Notes: generated by a model not told the origin, from the letters alone. DNA of 64,000 nt from Rhina ancylostomus (GCA_030265395.1 JARFYF010000052.1:98197655-98261654), one strand, 5' to 3'; positions 50,901-63,300 are shown, counted from the first letter of the stretch. Numbers and translations: made by a program.

Positions 50901-52859
50901 GGTAGAACTGAATCTCACCTGAATCACTGATGGTATCTCTTCAGATAAAACAACTTCTACTCTACAACTCATAATTCCTCTGTGTTGATCAAAATTAATA
51001 AAGAGGAAGGAATGCAGTTTTACCATTGGGATACTGGGGCATGATGGTAAATTACAAAGATGGGATGCACATGCATTTCCTTGAGTAGAAAATTAGATTC
51101 AAAAGTGAGGTTATGGAGCATTTTTCAGTGAAGGTGAACTCTTCTCAATTTCTAGCAGGTGTTGGATCAAATAAAATTTTCAAGGCTATAGTCAATGGAT
51201 TTTTGTCGGGTTAGCACATCAATAATTATGGATCAAAAGCAGAAAATGGAGCTGGTGTAGATATGAAATGATTTAATTGAATGCCAAAGCATCTTCCAGT
51301 GGGTGAATGCCCTCCTTCTGATTCTGATCTATGTATTAAATTCAGTTATTGGATGTGGAACATGAAGTACATATTTGAAACAAAAGTTGCCTGCATTTTG
51401 CTGCAATTCATTTTCCTCCTTGAGGGTATTACAATAAGACAGAATGATTCTTGAAGGCATGGCAGTAGTCAGGTGGAATTCATAAAATTGCTCATTAAGT
51501 CATTGAAATGTTATAATTTACATTTGGTGTGTCAGTGTCTATAATATTGATGCAGGAAAGCAATGCAATTGCAAGCACCAAATGTGAACAGACTAAGAAA
51601 TGACTTATTATACACAGAATGAATGGCAGCAATTTAGAAAAGAGCCATAAGGTTGATCCTCTGTATGGGTGGTTTGAGATGAAAGACTAGAAAAACAAAC
51701 TTTCAAGTTTAGAAGGAGAGGTACATCAGAGGAAAAAGCAAGTCCAGAAAATCACTCCAAGGTAAATTGATGGTGCAGGTCAAGTAGCTATGGTGTTAAA
51801 CAAATAAAAGGTAAAGTTAGGACTGGTGTTTGCAAGTTTCTCAAATGCCGAGTGAATGTTACATTAGACTCCTAGACAGAATACTGCTGATGAAAGAAGT
51901 GGGAGTACTTAAGAAACAATTGGGTGCTGCTTTTGGATGATTAGGTTGAATGACTGTCTCTTCTGTATCTCTCAATCTTGTCATCCTTAAGGAGGAGAAG
52001 TTCAGTCAAGTTCCTAATTCTTTCTATTGTTCTAGAAAATTCCATTACCTGGATATCAGAGATGGACAGGTTCTGGCTTGGTTGTGATGAACTACACGGT
52101 GTGCTGGGGCACTGGCTTTCAAACTTGTTTTTTTCAGGTGATCCACTTTAACCAAAAGGCTCATCCATGCATCCCAGTAATAATAACAATTTCTCTGGTC
52201 TGAGAAATAAAGGACTGGAGATAATGACCCACTTTTCAACATCCTGTGACCCACCTGAGTGTGTGCCCTTCCCCCACGCCAACTTGAAAACCACTGAGTT
52301 GGGGAAGTGGTCTTCAGTAAAATCACAAGTGATGTACAGAGAGTTAGAGAGGTGTCAGAGGATTGTTGATATCCAAGCAATTGTAAACAAGCTGGTCAGG
52401 AATTTCAGGTGAGTACAAGATACACGCAAATAAAAGCTAGACGTCAACAATGAATGCTGTCATTTTCTAAATATCAAATTGTATGAGGGACCAAAGTCAA
52501 GGTGATTAACACTGGATGATAGGGGTCATGGATCTGTACAAGGTGATCATTTAAGACAACCATCAACAAGCCTGGGTATTGGACAAACAGTGAAAATTAA
52601 TACTGGACATTTATTAAATGGATGTCAGTCAATTAGTATTCAAGTCTCTGAACCATTCATATCCATAAGAACATAAGAATTTGGAATGGGCCACATGTCT
52701 CTTTGACCCTGCTCTGCTGTTTAATAGTTAATCCTTTCCCACATCACCATATTCCCACCCACATCCCTTGATTCTGTTCATGTCCAAAAATTCAGTTGAC
52801 AATAGTTCAATTCATAAGACTTTCCTTGACATTTCATTCATTTAATGACTGGGAAGAAT

Positions 52860-53630
52860 TACCAGATGGAATTTAACTTGGACAAATGTGATGTGTTGCA
52901 TTTTGGTAAGTTAAACCAGGGCAGAATTTACACAATAAATGGCAGAGCCCTGGAGAGTGTTGTCGAACAGAGAAACCCAGCAGTACAAGTACATAGTTCT
53001 CTGAAAGTGGCAACATAGGGAGTGAAGAATGCATTTGGCATGCTTACCTTCATTAGTCAGGGCATTGAGTACAAGACGTGGATTGAGTACAAGAAACATA
53101 ATGTTGTATTTTACAAGTTATTGGTGAAATCATACTTGGAGTATTGTGCAGTTCTGTTCAGCTAGCTACAGGAAGGATTTCATTAAACTGGGAAGATTAA
53201 CAAGGATGTTGCCAGGACTGGAGGGCTTGAGTTATGAGGAGAGACTGGATAGGAACATAGGAGGCTGAGGGATGACCTTCTAGAGGTATATAAAATCTTG
53301 AGGAGTGTAGATAGGGTAAATAGTCGCAGTCTTTTTCCCAGGGTAGGGGAGTGTAAAAATAGAGGCCAGAGATTTGTGAGGGAAAGATTAAAAGGGATCT
53401 GAAGGGCGTGTAAAAGGGTGATGGGAACATGGAATGAGCTGCCAGAGGAAGTGGCAGAGGAGGGTACAATTACAATGTTTAAAAGACATTTGGACGAGTA
53501 CATGGATAGAAAAGGTTTGTAGGGATCTGTGCCAATGCAGCAAATAGGACCAGCTCAGGAAGGCAACTTGGTATGGAGAATTTGGGCTGAAGGGCCTGTT
53601 TCCCTGTTGTATAACTCTGACTCTGTGACT
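52860..53630 (+). mobile_element. CR1 LINE 3' fragment
   Basis: CAGATGGAATTTAACTTGGACAAATGTGATGTGTTGCATTTTGGT (QMEFNLDKCDVLHFG) through tail GGGCTGAAGGGCCTGTTTCCCTGTTGTATAACTCTGACTCTGTGACTC. Confidence 0.9.
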
Positions 53631-53732
53631 CAAAGCCAAACAGCAGATTCTCAATTAATAAGGAGAGTTCAGGCTCCTTGATAGTCATGAATTATTTGCT
53701 AGATAATTTGAAATGATAATCTAAGCGTTTTA

Positions 53733-54017
53733 AGATATCTTTATTGGTCGCATGTACATCGAAACAGTGAAATGATCTTTTGCGTAGTGTTCTGGGGGCA
53801 GCCTGCAAGAGTCGCCATGCTTCTGGTGCCAACATAGCATGCCCACAACTTCCTGACCCCTATGTCTTTGGAATGTGGGAGGAAACCGAAGCACCCAGAG
53901 GAAACCCACACAGACACAGGGAGAATGTACAAACTCCTTACAGACAGTGGCTGGAATTGAACCCAGGTTGCTGGCACTGTAATAGTGTTATGCTAACCAC
54001 TACACTACCAGGCCTGC
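53733..54017 (-). mobile_element. tRNA-derived V-SINE, copy 3
   Basis: Collinear with 45470-45786. Confidence 0.85.
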
Positions 54018-54029
54018 TCTTAAAATAAC

Positions 54030-54103
54030 TGTCCAGAGCAAGGATCAAACCCGTGACCTTGGCATTATTAGCACCAGGCTCTAACCAATGGAGCTAACCA
54101 GCC
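54030..54103 (-). pseudogene. tRNA-Ile(AAT) pseudogene
   Basis: Minus strand GGCTGGTTAGCTCCATTGGTTAGAGCCTGGTGCTAATAATGCCAAGGTCACGGGTTTGATCCTTGCTCTGGACA is collinear with vertebrate tRNA-Ile-AAT. CpG-type substitutions break the T-loop (GTTTGA), and stems are mismatched. Confidence 0.85.
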
Positions 54104-54442
54104 ATTTTAACAGAATCAAGGAAAGATTTGGAGAAAGAATTAAGAGAAGCTTGGAAAATTTTCAGTGTGATGTTGCTCATTCTCTGTATATTTGCCTTTC
54201 TTTAGACTAACGGTACACAAATATCAATTAACCTTCAGATTCATATCTACCATTTCCAGTCCAGTAAAGCTTTAGGTGGAACATTTTTCCAGCATTCAGC
54301 AGTTTTGTCAGGACTACAATAAAACTGCATCAGAACCAATCAGTGTACCATTCTGAAATGAATTTACTATACTGCACACTATTGGATTTATAAAGTTGTT
54401 TCTTCAGATGGAAATGGTAGCTCAATATTTGATTTATTGTCT

Positions 54443-55089
54443 TGTCACGATGTTGATCAAAGAGAAAGCTCAGAGAACCCAAATGCAGCACACCGATACA
54501 AGACTGGAGTCAGGATACTTCCTTAGGACAAAACGCAGGCAACAACTGGAAGGAATCTTGCCTCAGAGATCAGAAGAGGAATCCCCATACAAACTGGATC
54601 TTCACAAAGGAATAGAGAACACAGGACTGCTCTAGAGTAGACCACTCTAAGCAACTAGGAGCCAANNNNNNNNNNNNNNNNNNNNNNNNNNNNNNNNNNN
54701 NNNNNNNNNNNNNNNNNNNNNNNNNNNNNNNNNNNNNNNNNNNNNNNNNNNNNNNNNNNNNNNNNTGGGGTTGTTGCAAGGGTGCTGGAATGGGCCACGG
54801 CCATCTGGGACCATCAGCCAGAGACCTGCTCCTTGTCTCACACTTTCATTGAGGAGACGAGAAAGGTCTTTGATCATCCCATCTGTGGAAAAGAAGCAGC
54901 CAACGACTCCTCACCCTCTGCTAGGGCTCTCGCGGTGTCGCAGAGTACACTGGATTTCCTGATGTTGGCGGCTGACTCGGGGTGGAATGGGGAGGGTCTC
55001 CAGGGGGTTTTTTGGCAAGGCCTCAGTGACAAGATTAAGGATGAGTTGGCTGCTTGGGATGAGACAATCAGCCTGGACACATTGTGACA
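54443..55089. mobile_element. Rearranged Gypsy element: minus-strand LTR end + gap + plus-strand gag fragment
   Basis: 54443 TGTCACGATGTTGATCAAAGAGAAAGCTCAGAGAACCCAAATGCAG is the reverse complement of the 3' end of the 43558/50056 LTRs; the element ends ACATTGTGACA; flanks are TGTCT / TGTTT. Confidence 0.75.
54766..55087 (+). pseudogene. Ty3/Gypsy (sushi-like) gag capsid fragment
   Basis: LEWATAIWD...FIEETRKVFDHP...LAADSGWNGEGLQGVFWQGLSDKIKDELAA...SLDTL matches the Retrotrans_gag / PEG10-RTL1-like capsid pattern, with an apparently frameshifted middle. Confidence 0.8.
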
Positions 55090-55274
55090 TGTTTATTCAA
55101 GATTTGACAGCAACATTGGGCATGTCACGTCTATTTTTAACAATATCAAAGTAAACTCTGACTCTTAATGTTAATTATGGATAACGTCCTTAAATGTTTA
55201 ACTTGCACAATGCACTATGACAACTCCATTATCAAGGGATGGTCCAAATTAATATTTTCTTGAAGTTACATATG

Positions 55275-55435
55275 AAAATAGTTGGAAATTCTCAGCAGGT
55301 CACACAACACCCATAGAGAGACAAAAACATAACATTTCAGGTTACCTGACAAGTTCAGTCTGTGTCTCTATTGATGCCACCTGACCAGCTGAATATTTCC
55401 AACAATATTCTATTTTCTCTTTTTATTTCCAATTT
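55275..55435. mobile_element. Palindromic Penelope-end mini-element
   Basis: TTGGAAATTCTCAGCAGGTCA...TTCAGGTTACCTGAC...TGACCAGCTGAATATTTCCAA inverted arms. Confidence 0.6.
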
Positions 55436-56169
55436 CTCACAACCATAGCTGTATAAATTTTAAAATCAAAATTGCTTATAAATGTGGAACAAAATTTCCT
55501 GAATATTTCAGTTGGATATAGATTTTTAATTATTTTCCCTGTAGAAAATAATATGTTCTCTGACTGTTGCACATTAAAAACATCGACCTCCCTTTACCGC
55601 AACCACCTCTCCTGCACCACCAACCCACTACCGACCCTCCCCACACTCCACATCCTCCAGATAGTTACCATCAACCATCACCACCTCCCTCCATCATATC
55701 CTCTGCCTTGTGGAATCTGTTCAGTGGGAGTGCAGTTAAAATGGAACAGCAGGTTTGACAACTTCCTTCCTGCTATGACTGACAGCAGTTTTAAATTACA
55801 GGCAACAGAAACAAGTAGCTGGAGACAGCAGAATCCTTCCCACCTGACATCATCAGGACAATACCACCAAGCATCAGAGGTGGAGAAGTGATGGTTAAAC
55901 GGTCAGGTCAAACTTTTAGGGACTGAACTTGGGGTCTGGAGAAAACAAGGAAGGAATGTTTTAAAATTTTGTCTTGTGAGTTAAGAGGATAAAGTAAGTG
56001 GATTTTTTTTACATAGATTTTAAAGGTGCAGTTTACATTAAGCTGAGGTTTATTAAGCTCCTATAAGGTATACATGTAAAATAAGATTGGTACTAGGGTA
56101 TAAATGAATATTGGCACTGGTTCCGAACTGTGCTTCCAAACTGCTTTGGAACACTGGTTCCACCAGCTC

Positions 56170-56490
56170 GCATTGTGACCCTTTGACTGTTGGACACACT
56201 GGTTGATAGGTTAGTTGACTACTGCAAATTACATTGGTGTAGGNNNNNNNNNNNNNNNNNNNNNNNNNNNNNNNNNNNNNNNNNNNNNNNNNNNNNNNNN
56301 NNNNNNNNNNNNNNNNNNNNNNNNNNNNNNNNNNNNNNNNNNNAATTACATTGGTGTAGGTGGGTGATTGGGAATGGTGAGAATGAGAACAGGTTATAGA
56401 GAAATAAATTGGGAAGGAGATTGATGGAATTGGTTTTAGAGCCAACATAGCCTCACTAGGCCAAACATCTTCCTTCTAAGTTGTGAGAAA
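56170..56490 (+). mobile_element. HE1-like SINE 3' part (gap inside)
   Basis: GATAGGTTAGTTGACTACTGCAAATTAC...GGGAATGGTGAGAATGAGAACAGG...TAGGCCAAACATCTTCCTTCT mirrors 25846-26181. Confidence 0.5.
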
Positions 56491-59400
56491 ATTCTGAGAA
56501 TAAATATGAAAAAAATATGATAATCTGTTTTCTCAGATAAATCTGCAGATGTCCTGATTCCACTCAATTTAAATCCTATTTGTCACAAATTTGAATTCTT
56601 ATCTCGATTTACAATTACTTTGCTCTGTAATCCCTAATCTCTGACCATTGTTTCTACTATTCCAGTGTTACATTCACATCCATTGCTACCCTATTCTTCC
56701 TGCAAACCTCCGATCTGGTGAACAATTGCTTGCATCCCCTTGCCTTCACTTAGCGATCATGTAGATTTGGTCTGGCTCATTTTTGTTTGCATGCATGGAA
56801 AACCCCTTTTAATGACGAAGTACTTACACATTGTATCCATTGTGAAGGATTCACTCAGGTAATTATGAAACCAAAAATCCACATCGCAATTAACAGATAT
56901 AATAGCACATAAAAGGTTTACATATTAAGTAAACAATTTTTGAATGCTTTACTTAGGCAAGCTCACATCATGCCTCACAATCTCAAAATTATTTACAGCT
57001 GAAAGATCAAGATGGGCTAGTTGGATGCTATAGCCTCTCTTGCCCTCATTTCTCCATCCTCTTATGATCTTAATCTTCATCGGCACTTGCCTTTCCATTT
57101 ATCTTACAACTTTTGACTGTTCCACAGCCAAACTCCTGCAACCTGAACTCAAACTCCCATTGATCTGCTAGGCTGTGATTCCTTACAGATAGGAGTTGGA
57201 GCTTGAAGATGGTTGACTTGATCCTTTTCACCCCCTCCATCAAGACCATTGCATCTTTTACCTGTACATGAAATTTGCATAATATGAAGTTCTGTTCTGG
57301 GTAGTTCAAAAAGCTGTTTTACTATCATGGAAATTAAACCACAGAAGAGCAGTTCAGCCCTCTGCACTTACTCAGTGCTATATGAAGAAATTCTAATTTG
57401 ATTTTCCCGGCTTTTACCGCATCCTTTTGGGTCTGCTTTTTCAATTACTCATTCAATTCCTTTTAACCAATGTTGCCATGCCTGTCACATCAAACTTATG
57501 TTTAACTTATGTTAAAATTCTTGATCTCCATGAAGTGAATGATTTCAATCTGTTTATGGCTTACAGTTGCTCAAGGCTTCTGCACTGAGTTCTCTTTTAG
57601 TGTCTAACCCTCCAACTGGCCAAATTCTTCACTCACTAAAATCTGGACACCATATCCATATAGACTAAATTGTATTACCTATTCTGTTCCACAAACACTC
57701 TAATGTATACTTTATTATACTTTTTTGTTTATCGTAAGTGTCTGCCCAACTGGGTAGCAGGATGTTCTGCTGTACAGAAATTACTCATCAATTTCCACAG
57801 AAGCCATTACTGAAGTACATGTTTTTGACAGATGCATTACAACAAAACTTCCAGATTGTTACACTGTATTAATTCTGACGGAACAGCACCAACTGTTCTT
57901 CCTGTTCCATAATGGTACATAACTAGCCTCACAAATTTTGGCACTGTGAGCCTCCTTATCCATTTTGTACACATTTGAAGTACAGCAATAATGGCTGCAA
58001 GTTTGAACTTGACTCCAAGGAAAATTATTCACCAGGAAAATTCTCTGGAGTCATCTGTAACTTAGCAGTAAAAGTTAAAACTAAGAATTTAGTATAGGTA
58101 TTATTATAAAATAATGTCTGATTTTCAGGGATACAAAGCACCCATATAATAAGCTAAACTGTGCTTGATTTTTCAGAAGTTGCTTTAGTTCTTATGAATT
58201 GTGCATTGCCTTCTTGTGGGGGGGGGGGAAGATTGATTTATTCCAAGGGACTTTTTGCATTAATTGAATTCAATGCAGTAATATGGTACAACGTGGAACT
58301 CTGGAACTCAGGGATAACTCTTCTCCAATCAAACCTCCACTGGCAGGACAATTGAATACTTTGAAACATGAAAAGAGCAGAGCTTTTGGCATGAAACATG
58401 CTGGTTTGTGGCCTGTAATGTCACTTAGAAGCTAGTCTGAGGGTGTGCCATTCATTTTGAATGGCAGTCAAGCTTATTTTTTTGTGAGACCTGGCACTAC
58501 TGGTCCTTCTGCTTTCAACAAAACAGGCTCCCAGATCACAATGGGTGTTTAACTCCATAAGAGAATTGGTGAATATCAGTAATAACATCCTCACTTATAT
58601 CTATGGATTTACTCTCCCACAATAGGTTTAAAATTAATCCCTCTTTCTACTTTGCTCCAGCATCTCTTGGGCATTCCTGGAAAAAATCTCAATCTGCATG
58701 ATGTTCNNNNNNNNNNNNNNNNNNNNNNNNNNNNNNNNNNNNNNNNNNNNNNNNNNNNNNNNNNNNNNNNNNNNNNNNNNNNNNNNNNNNNNNNNNNNNN
58801 NNNNNNGAAAAAATCTCAATCTGCATGATGTTCAATAATTCTCACTTGAAATATAATTACTTTTTTTCTCTGGGCTAATGCAGTCAATTTGCTCATAACA
58901 GAATTTTAGAATAAACTCATGAAACAGTTTTGATGTTGGTGGAGAGAGAAATGCAGCCTAATATACTGTAAATAGTTCCTTCCCTGAAAAGTATTGTGGA
59001 ACTACTTACATTTTCCTGCCCAAACAGACTGAGCCTCTCAGTTAACAGATGACTGGAACAACATTAAGCACTGGTCCAGGTGAAACCTGGTGGTTGCATA
59101 TTGGGTGCCCTTTTACATCCCACTGAACTTCCCTATTCAACATTGGTTGATCCATCATTGACAGCCTTCCACACATAGATGAAGGGAAAATTACCTTATC
59201 TCACTACTGTACTAAAGCAAATTCCAGAATGGAGATGGAAAGCAAACATTTATACTTGAAAGTGACTGTGCTACTTACAAGGGCAAACCGATGCTTGAAG
59301 TACAGTAATAGTTGTGGACTAGTTGACAGGATGACACTTATTGTTCTGAATCACATTGGAAACTTCGAATGATTGCCACTTGTCTGCCTTTAGAATATAA

Positions 59401-59571
59401 AGTAAGTCTGCTCACTCAGCTTTGTGAAGGCAATAAGGGTCCAGCAGCTTCCCACTGATGGAACAATTTCCAGACATAACCATTCATCAAAGGAAGACTA
59501 AGCAGTTTCAGATGTTGGCAAAGTGAATGCCCTCCTGCAGCAAGATAGACAGATTATTGAATAAGATTATA

Positions 59572-59668
59572 AGAACTTAAAGTGCTGGAAACATTCAGAA
59601 GGTGCTCCCCAACCTGCTGCACATTTCCAGACTTTTATGACAGCTTTCCACCAACTGGAGTTTTTTGA
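59572..59668. mobile_element. Short palindromic Penelope-end mini-element
   Basis: CTGGAAACATTCAGAAGGT / ACCTGCTGCACATTTCCAG inverted arms. Confidence 0.45.
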
Positions 59669-62094
59669 TATTCAATTAATATCAAACTGGGTTACTTTGT
59701 GTACTCCAGGAGGAAACAAAAAATGTTCATAATAACTGCACACCAAATATTCAGCTATGTTTAAAGAAAAAATGGAAAAATAATTATTCCATATTGACAT
59801 AAAGATTTTGTGCTTCAAATGAAAAATGCATCAAAGCTTAGTCTTAATTAGGAAGAAAAATTGAATGACTCCTTCAGATTTTTACCTTGGTGGTCTTGCA
59901 GTGGTAAAGGTAATGAACACCCAAATCCTGGTTATTTCTTTTGAAGTCTCTTCATAGCTTTTCATTTCAATATTTTCTTGTGCCCTGGTGCTTGACCAGA
60001 TGAATGAACTATGATGAGATTTATGTCCATTGTTAAATGATCTCTTCATGTATGACATTGGTTCATTGTGCCGAATAAATCAACTTTGAGGTTATTGTTA
60101 GCATTTTCAGTTCACCGTATTTGAACTACATTCTCCCATTGTATGTTCTCCTCTAGCATTCCTTCCATGGTGAATTAGTCTTTTTTTTCCACATAGTGCA
60201 TTACATAGTTATTACATCCCTGCTTTCTACAATTCTCTCCCAAATCATATGTCTTGCCACCTCTACCCCTGTATTAAACACTATCAAAATTATTTCATAC
60301 TGACCAAACCTTCAATATCCATGTCCAAAATTGGATTTCATTTTTTCTTACTTTATGTCCATCTTTTCTAAATAATTAGGCTTTCTCCAATGTAGAAGCA
60401 GATAAAAAGCATGTTGTTCTCAACAGTCCTGGTTGTTGTCACAAACCTGTGTCCTTAGCAGAGGAGGAGTAATTTGATATATCAGCTTTGATCCTTGGGC
60501 CCGATTGAAGTTGCCAACAAAATCAACATTGTCATGTCTTCCATCAGATTACTCATGAAATTACCCTTACAACACAATTGTATTATTACCCACTTGACCA
60601 GGGAATGGTGGTCAATTTCAGAATCTTTTTCTATGATTGTTACTTTTGATATTCAGAATAAGTGCATTGTTACTATATATAGTTATCGCCTCATAAAACA
60701 TTATTTTTGATACTAGGTGTATGTGGATTTGCATTGAACTTGAAACACAGATAACATTCAGCACAACAGTTCCATGCCAGTGTTTGCACTCTACATGAGC
60801 CCTCACTTACCTTCCTTCATCCTACCATATCATTCAATGTGTATAACAAAAGCATGATTGCATTGGGTTTAATTGGGATATTATAGAATTTCAGAAGACT
60901 ACAGCTGGCTTTCTTTGAGCATTATAAGACTCCTTGTTTTCTTTCATTTTGAAAGTATATTGAAATACAATATAGTTACATTGTCAAAAGATACATGATT
61001 AGTTTGAACATTCTGTCAAGTTCTGGCAGTGAAATTAGTGAAACCTAATCTATCCATAGAGTCTACTGACTAAACATCTCAGCTGTCTCCTGAGCTTCTC
61101 TCTGTTCTTTCTTTTGAAATTCATTACAATAAACATATGATAGTCATAAATGTAATGCCTGAGTAATATGCTTGAAAAAAAACCAGATTTGCTGTGGAGC
61201 ACTTCTATTTCCCTTCATGTGCTGTAAAACATTTTGACTAGTTATTGTTTCTGTGGTCATTATGTGCAAAGTCTAATTAATGTCAAGGAGAAGGATAATC
61301 CTTCCATTCTGCAGTTTCCAGTGCCTCTGATTGACCTCGTTAGTAAGGGAGGTGAGATAGATCAAAACAAATTAATTCCTGCCCTGTGTTTTTTCTATGG
61401 ACATTGCTCACTGGGGGAGGGGTGAGGAAACTTTTGATGTGGGATTGGGACTGGGTAGTAAACTGAGCTTGCACATCTTTATAATTTCTTCCACAAATCA
61501 GAACCACACTGGTGGAATGAATTTCTCTTTGCTGAGTTTAGGAAGTTTGAATCTTTTGTTGACTCGAATAAGTAGCACAATGCCAATGATAACTTGAGAC
61601 AAATTGGAGATTCCATAATCAAAAAGCANNNNNNNNNNNNNNNNNNNNNNNNNNNNNNNNNNNNNNNNNNNNNNNNNNNNNNNNNNNNNNNNNNNNNNNN
61701 NNNNNNNNNNNNNNNNNNNNNNNNNNNNAGCAAAAAAACTGCAGATGCTCGAAATCTAAAGTGAAAGAATGCCAGAGGTAACCAGTGGGTCAGGCAATGT
61801 CTGTGGTGAAAGAAAAAGCATCAATGCTTCATGTTGATGGCCTTCCAGCACAATCAAGCAAAAATTGGAAATCAAACATGTATTAAGTCGCAAAGAAATT
61901 TGGAAGAGGGCAGGAGTGGGGAGAAAGTGGGAATATTTATGAAAGGGTGGAGACCAGGAAAGACAGAATGACAGAAGTGGTAACAGTGCTGGCTGAGAAA
62001 GTGCGGTGAAGATATGTTAATTGCAGATGATCTGTTTGGAGGAGATGTAAATAGGAGGAAACCAATGAAAACAGGAAAAGAATAAAAGAAACGC

Positions 62095-62310
62095 AGCATA
62101 GCAGTTAGTGTGACCCAATTATAGCGCTAACAATCTGGGTTCAATTCCCGTTGCTTCCGTTGTACTTTGTCCCTGTGCCTGCGTGGGTTTCTTCCAGGTG
62201 CTCTGGTTTCCTCCCACATACCAAAGAAATACGGATAGGTTAACGTGTTTAAACGGGTGGCACAGACTTGTTGGGCCAGAAGGGCCTGTTACTATGCTGC
62301 AAATAAAGTT
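62095..62310 (+). mobile_element. V-SINE with CR1-type tail, nested in Penelope
   Basis: TGGGTTCAATTCCCG B-box, GCGTGGGTTTCTTCCAGGTGCTCTGGTTTCCTCCCACATACCAAAGA V-domain and TGGGCCAGAAGGGCCTGTTACTATGCTG tail. Confidence 0.8.
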
Positions 62311-62804
62311 CTAAGAAGTCTTTTTTTAATAGGGTAGTACAAACTGGAGAAGCAAAACACTGCAGATTTTGGGTGTCTGAAACATAAATGTCGAGTGCTA
62401 GAAATTCTCAAAAGGTCAGGCAGCAGCTGTAGAGAAAGAAAGGGATTTAACATTTCAGGTTGATGACTTTTCATTAGAAATGGCCAGCTGTTCTAATGAA
62501 ACAAGTTAAGTCCTGAGGGATTTAAGGGGTCTACTCAGAAGATGAGTTACTGTTTCTCATGCTTACATGGGGCTTCATCAAAATGGTATATAAATCCAAA
62601 GACAGAGAGGTCAGGATGGCAGTGGGGAAGAGAATTAATATGACGAGTAACTGGTAAGGTCAGGGTCACCTTTGAAATATGATTGGAGCAATGAATGAAT
62701 GAGCATTGAATGGAGTACACCAAATTGGAAGAAATACAAGGAGTAGGTAAAATGGCAGCTATTGCACTTCTGATCTGTTTACAGTGCAGTTATTGTTTAG
62801 TAGA

Positions 62805-63300
62805 TTCATAGAGTTACACAGCACAGAAACAGGCCCTTTGGCCCAACTCATCCATGTCAACTGAGACGCCTATCTACACTAATCCCTCTTGCTTGTGTTT
62901 GGCCCATATTCCTCTAAACCTTTCTTATCCATGTATCTGTCCAAGTGTTTTTTTAAACATTGTATTTGTACCTGCCTTTACCACCTCTTCTGGGAGCTTG
63001 TTCCATATACCCACTGTCCTCTGTATGAAAAACTTGCCCCTCAGATCGCCTTTAAATCTTTCCACCTCACCTTAAACCGATGCCCTACCCTGTGAAAAAT
63101 TCCATGACTATCTATCCCATCCATGCCCATCATAACTGTATAAACCTTTATCAGGTCATCAATCAGCCTCCTTTGCATCAGTGAAAAACAGTACTAGCCT
63201 ATCAACCTTTCCTTAAAACTCAAGCCCTCCAGTCCAGGCAACATTTTTGTAAGTCTTTTCTGAAATGTCCTTAATCGCATATGGTGATCAGAACTGCATA
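62805..63300 (-). mobile_element. CR1 LINE 3' fragment nested in Penelope
   Basis: ATAGAGTTACACAGCACAGAAACAGGCCCTTTGGCCCA tail; collinear with the 11523 and 52860 copies. Confidence 0.85.

Noticed and set aside
55472-55891. 139-aa ORF
   Set aside because: Non-ATG start, low-complexity C/A-rich middle and no recognisable homology.
56227-56360. AATTACATTGGTGTAGG duplicated across a gap
   Set aside because: Same gap-overlap assembly artefact.
58680-58833. GAAAAAATCTCAATCTGCATGATGTTC duplicated across a gap (superficially repeat-spacer-repeat)
   Set aside because: Only two copies around Ns in vertebrate DNA; an assembly overlap, not a CRISPR array.
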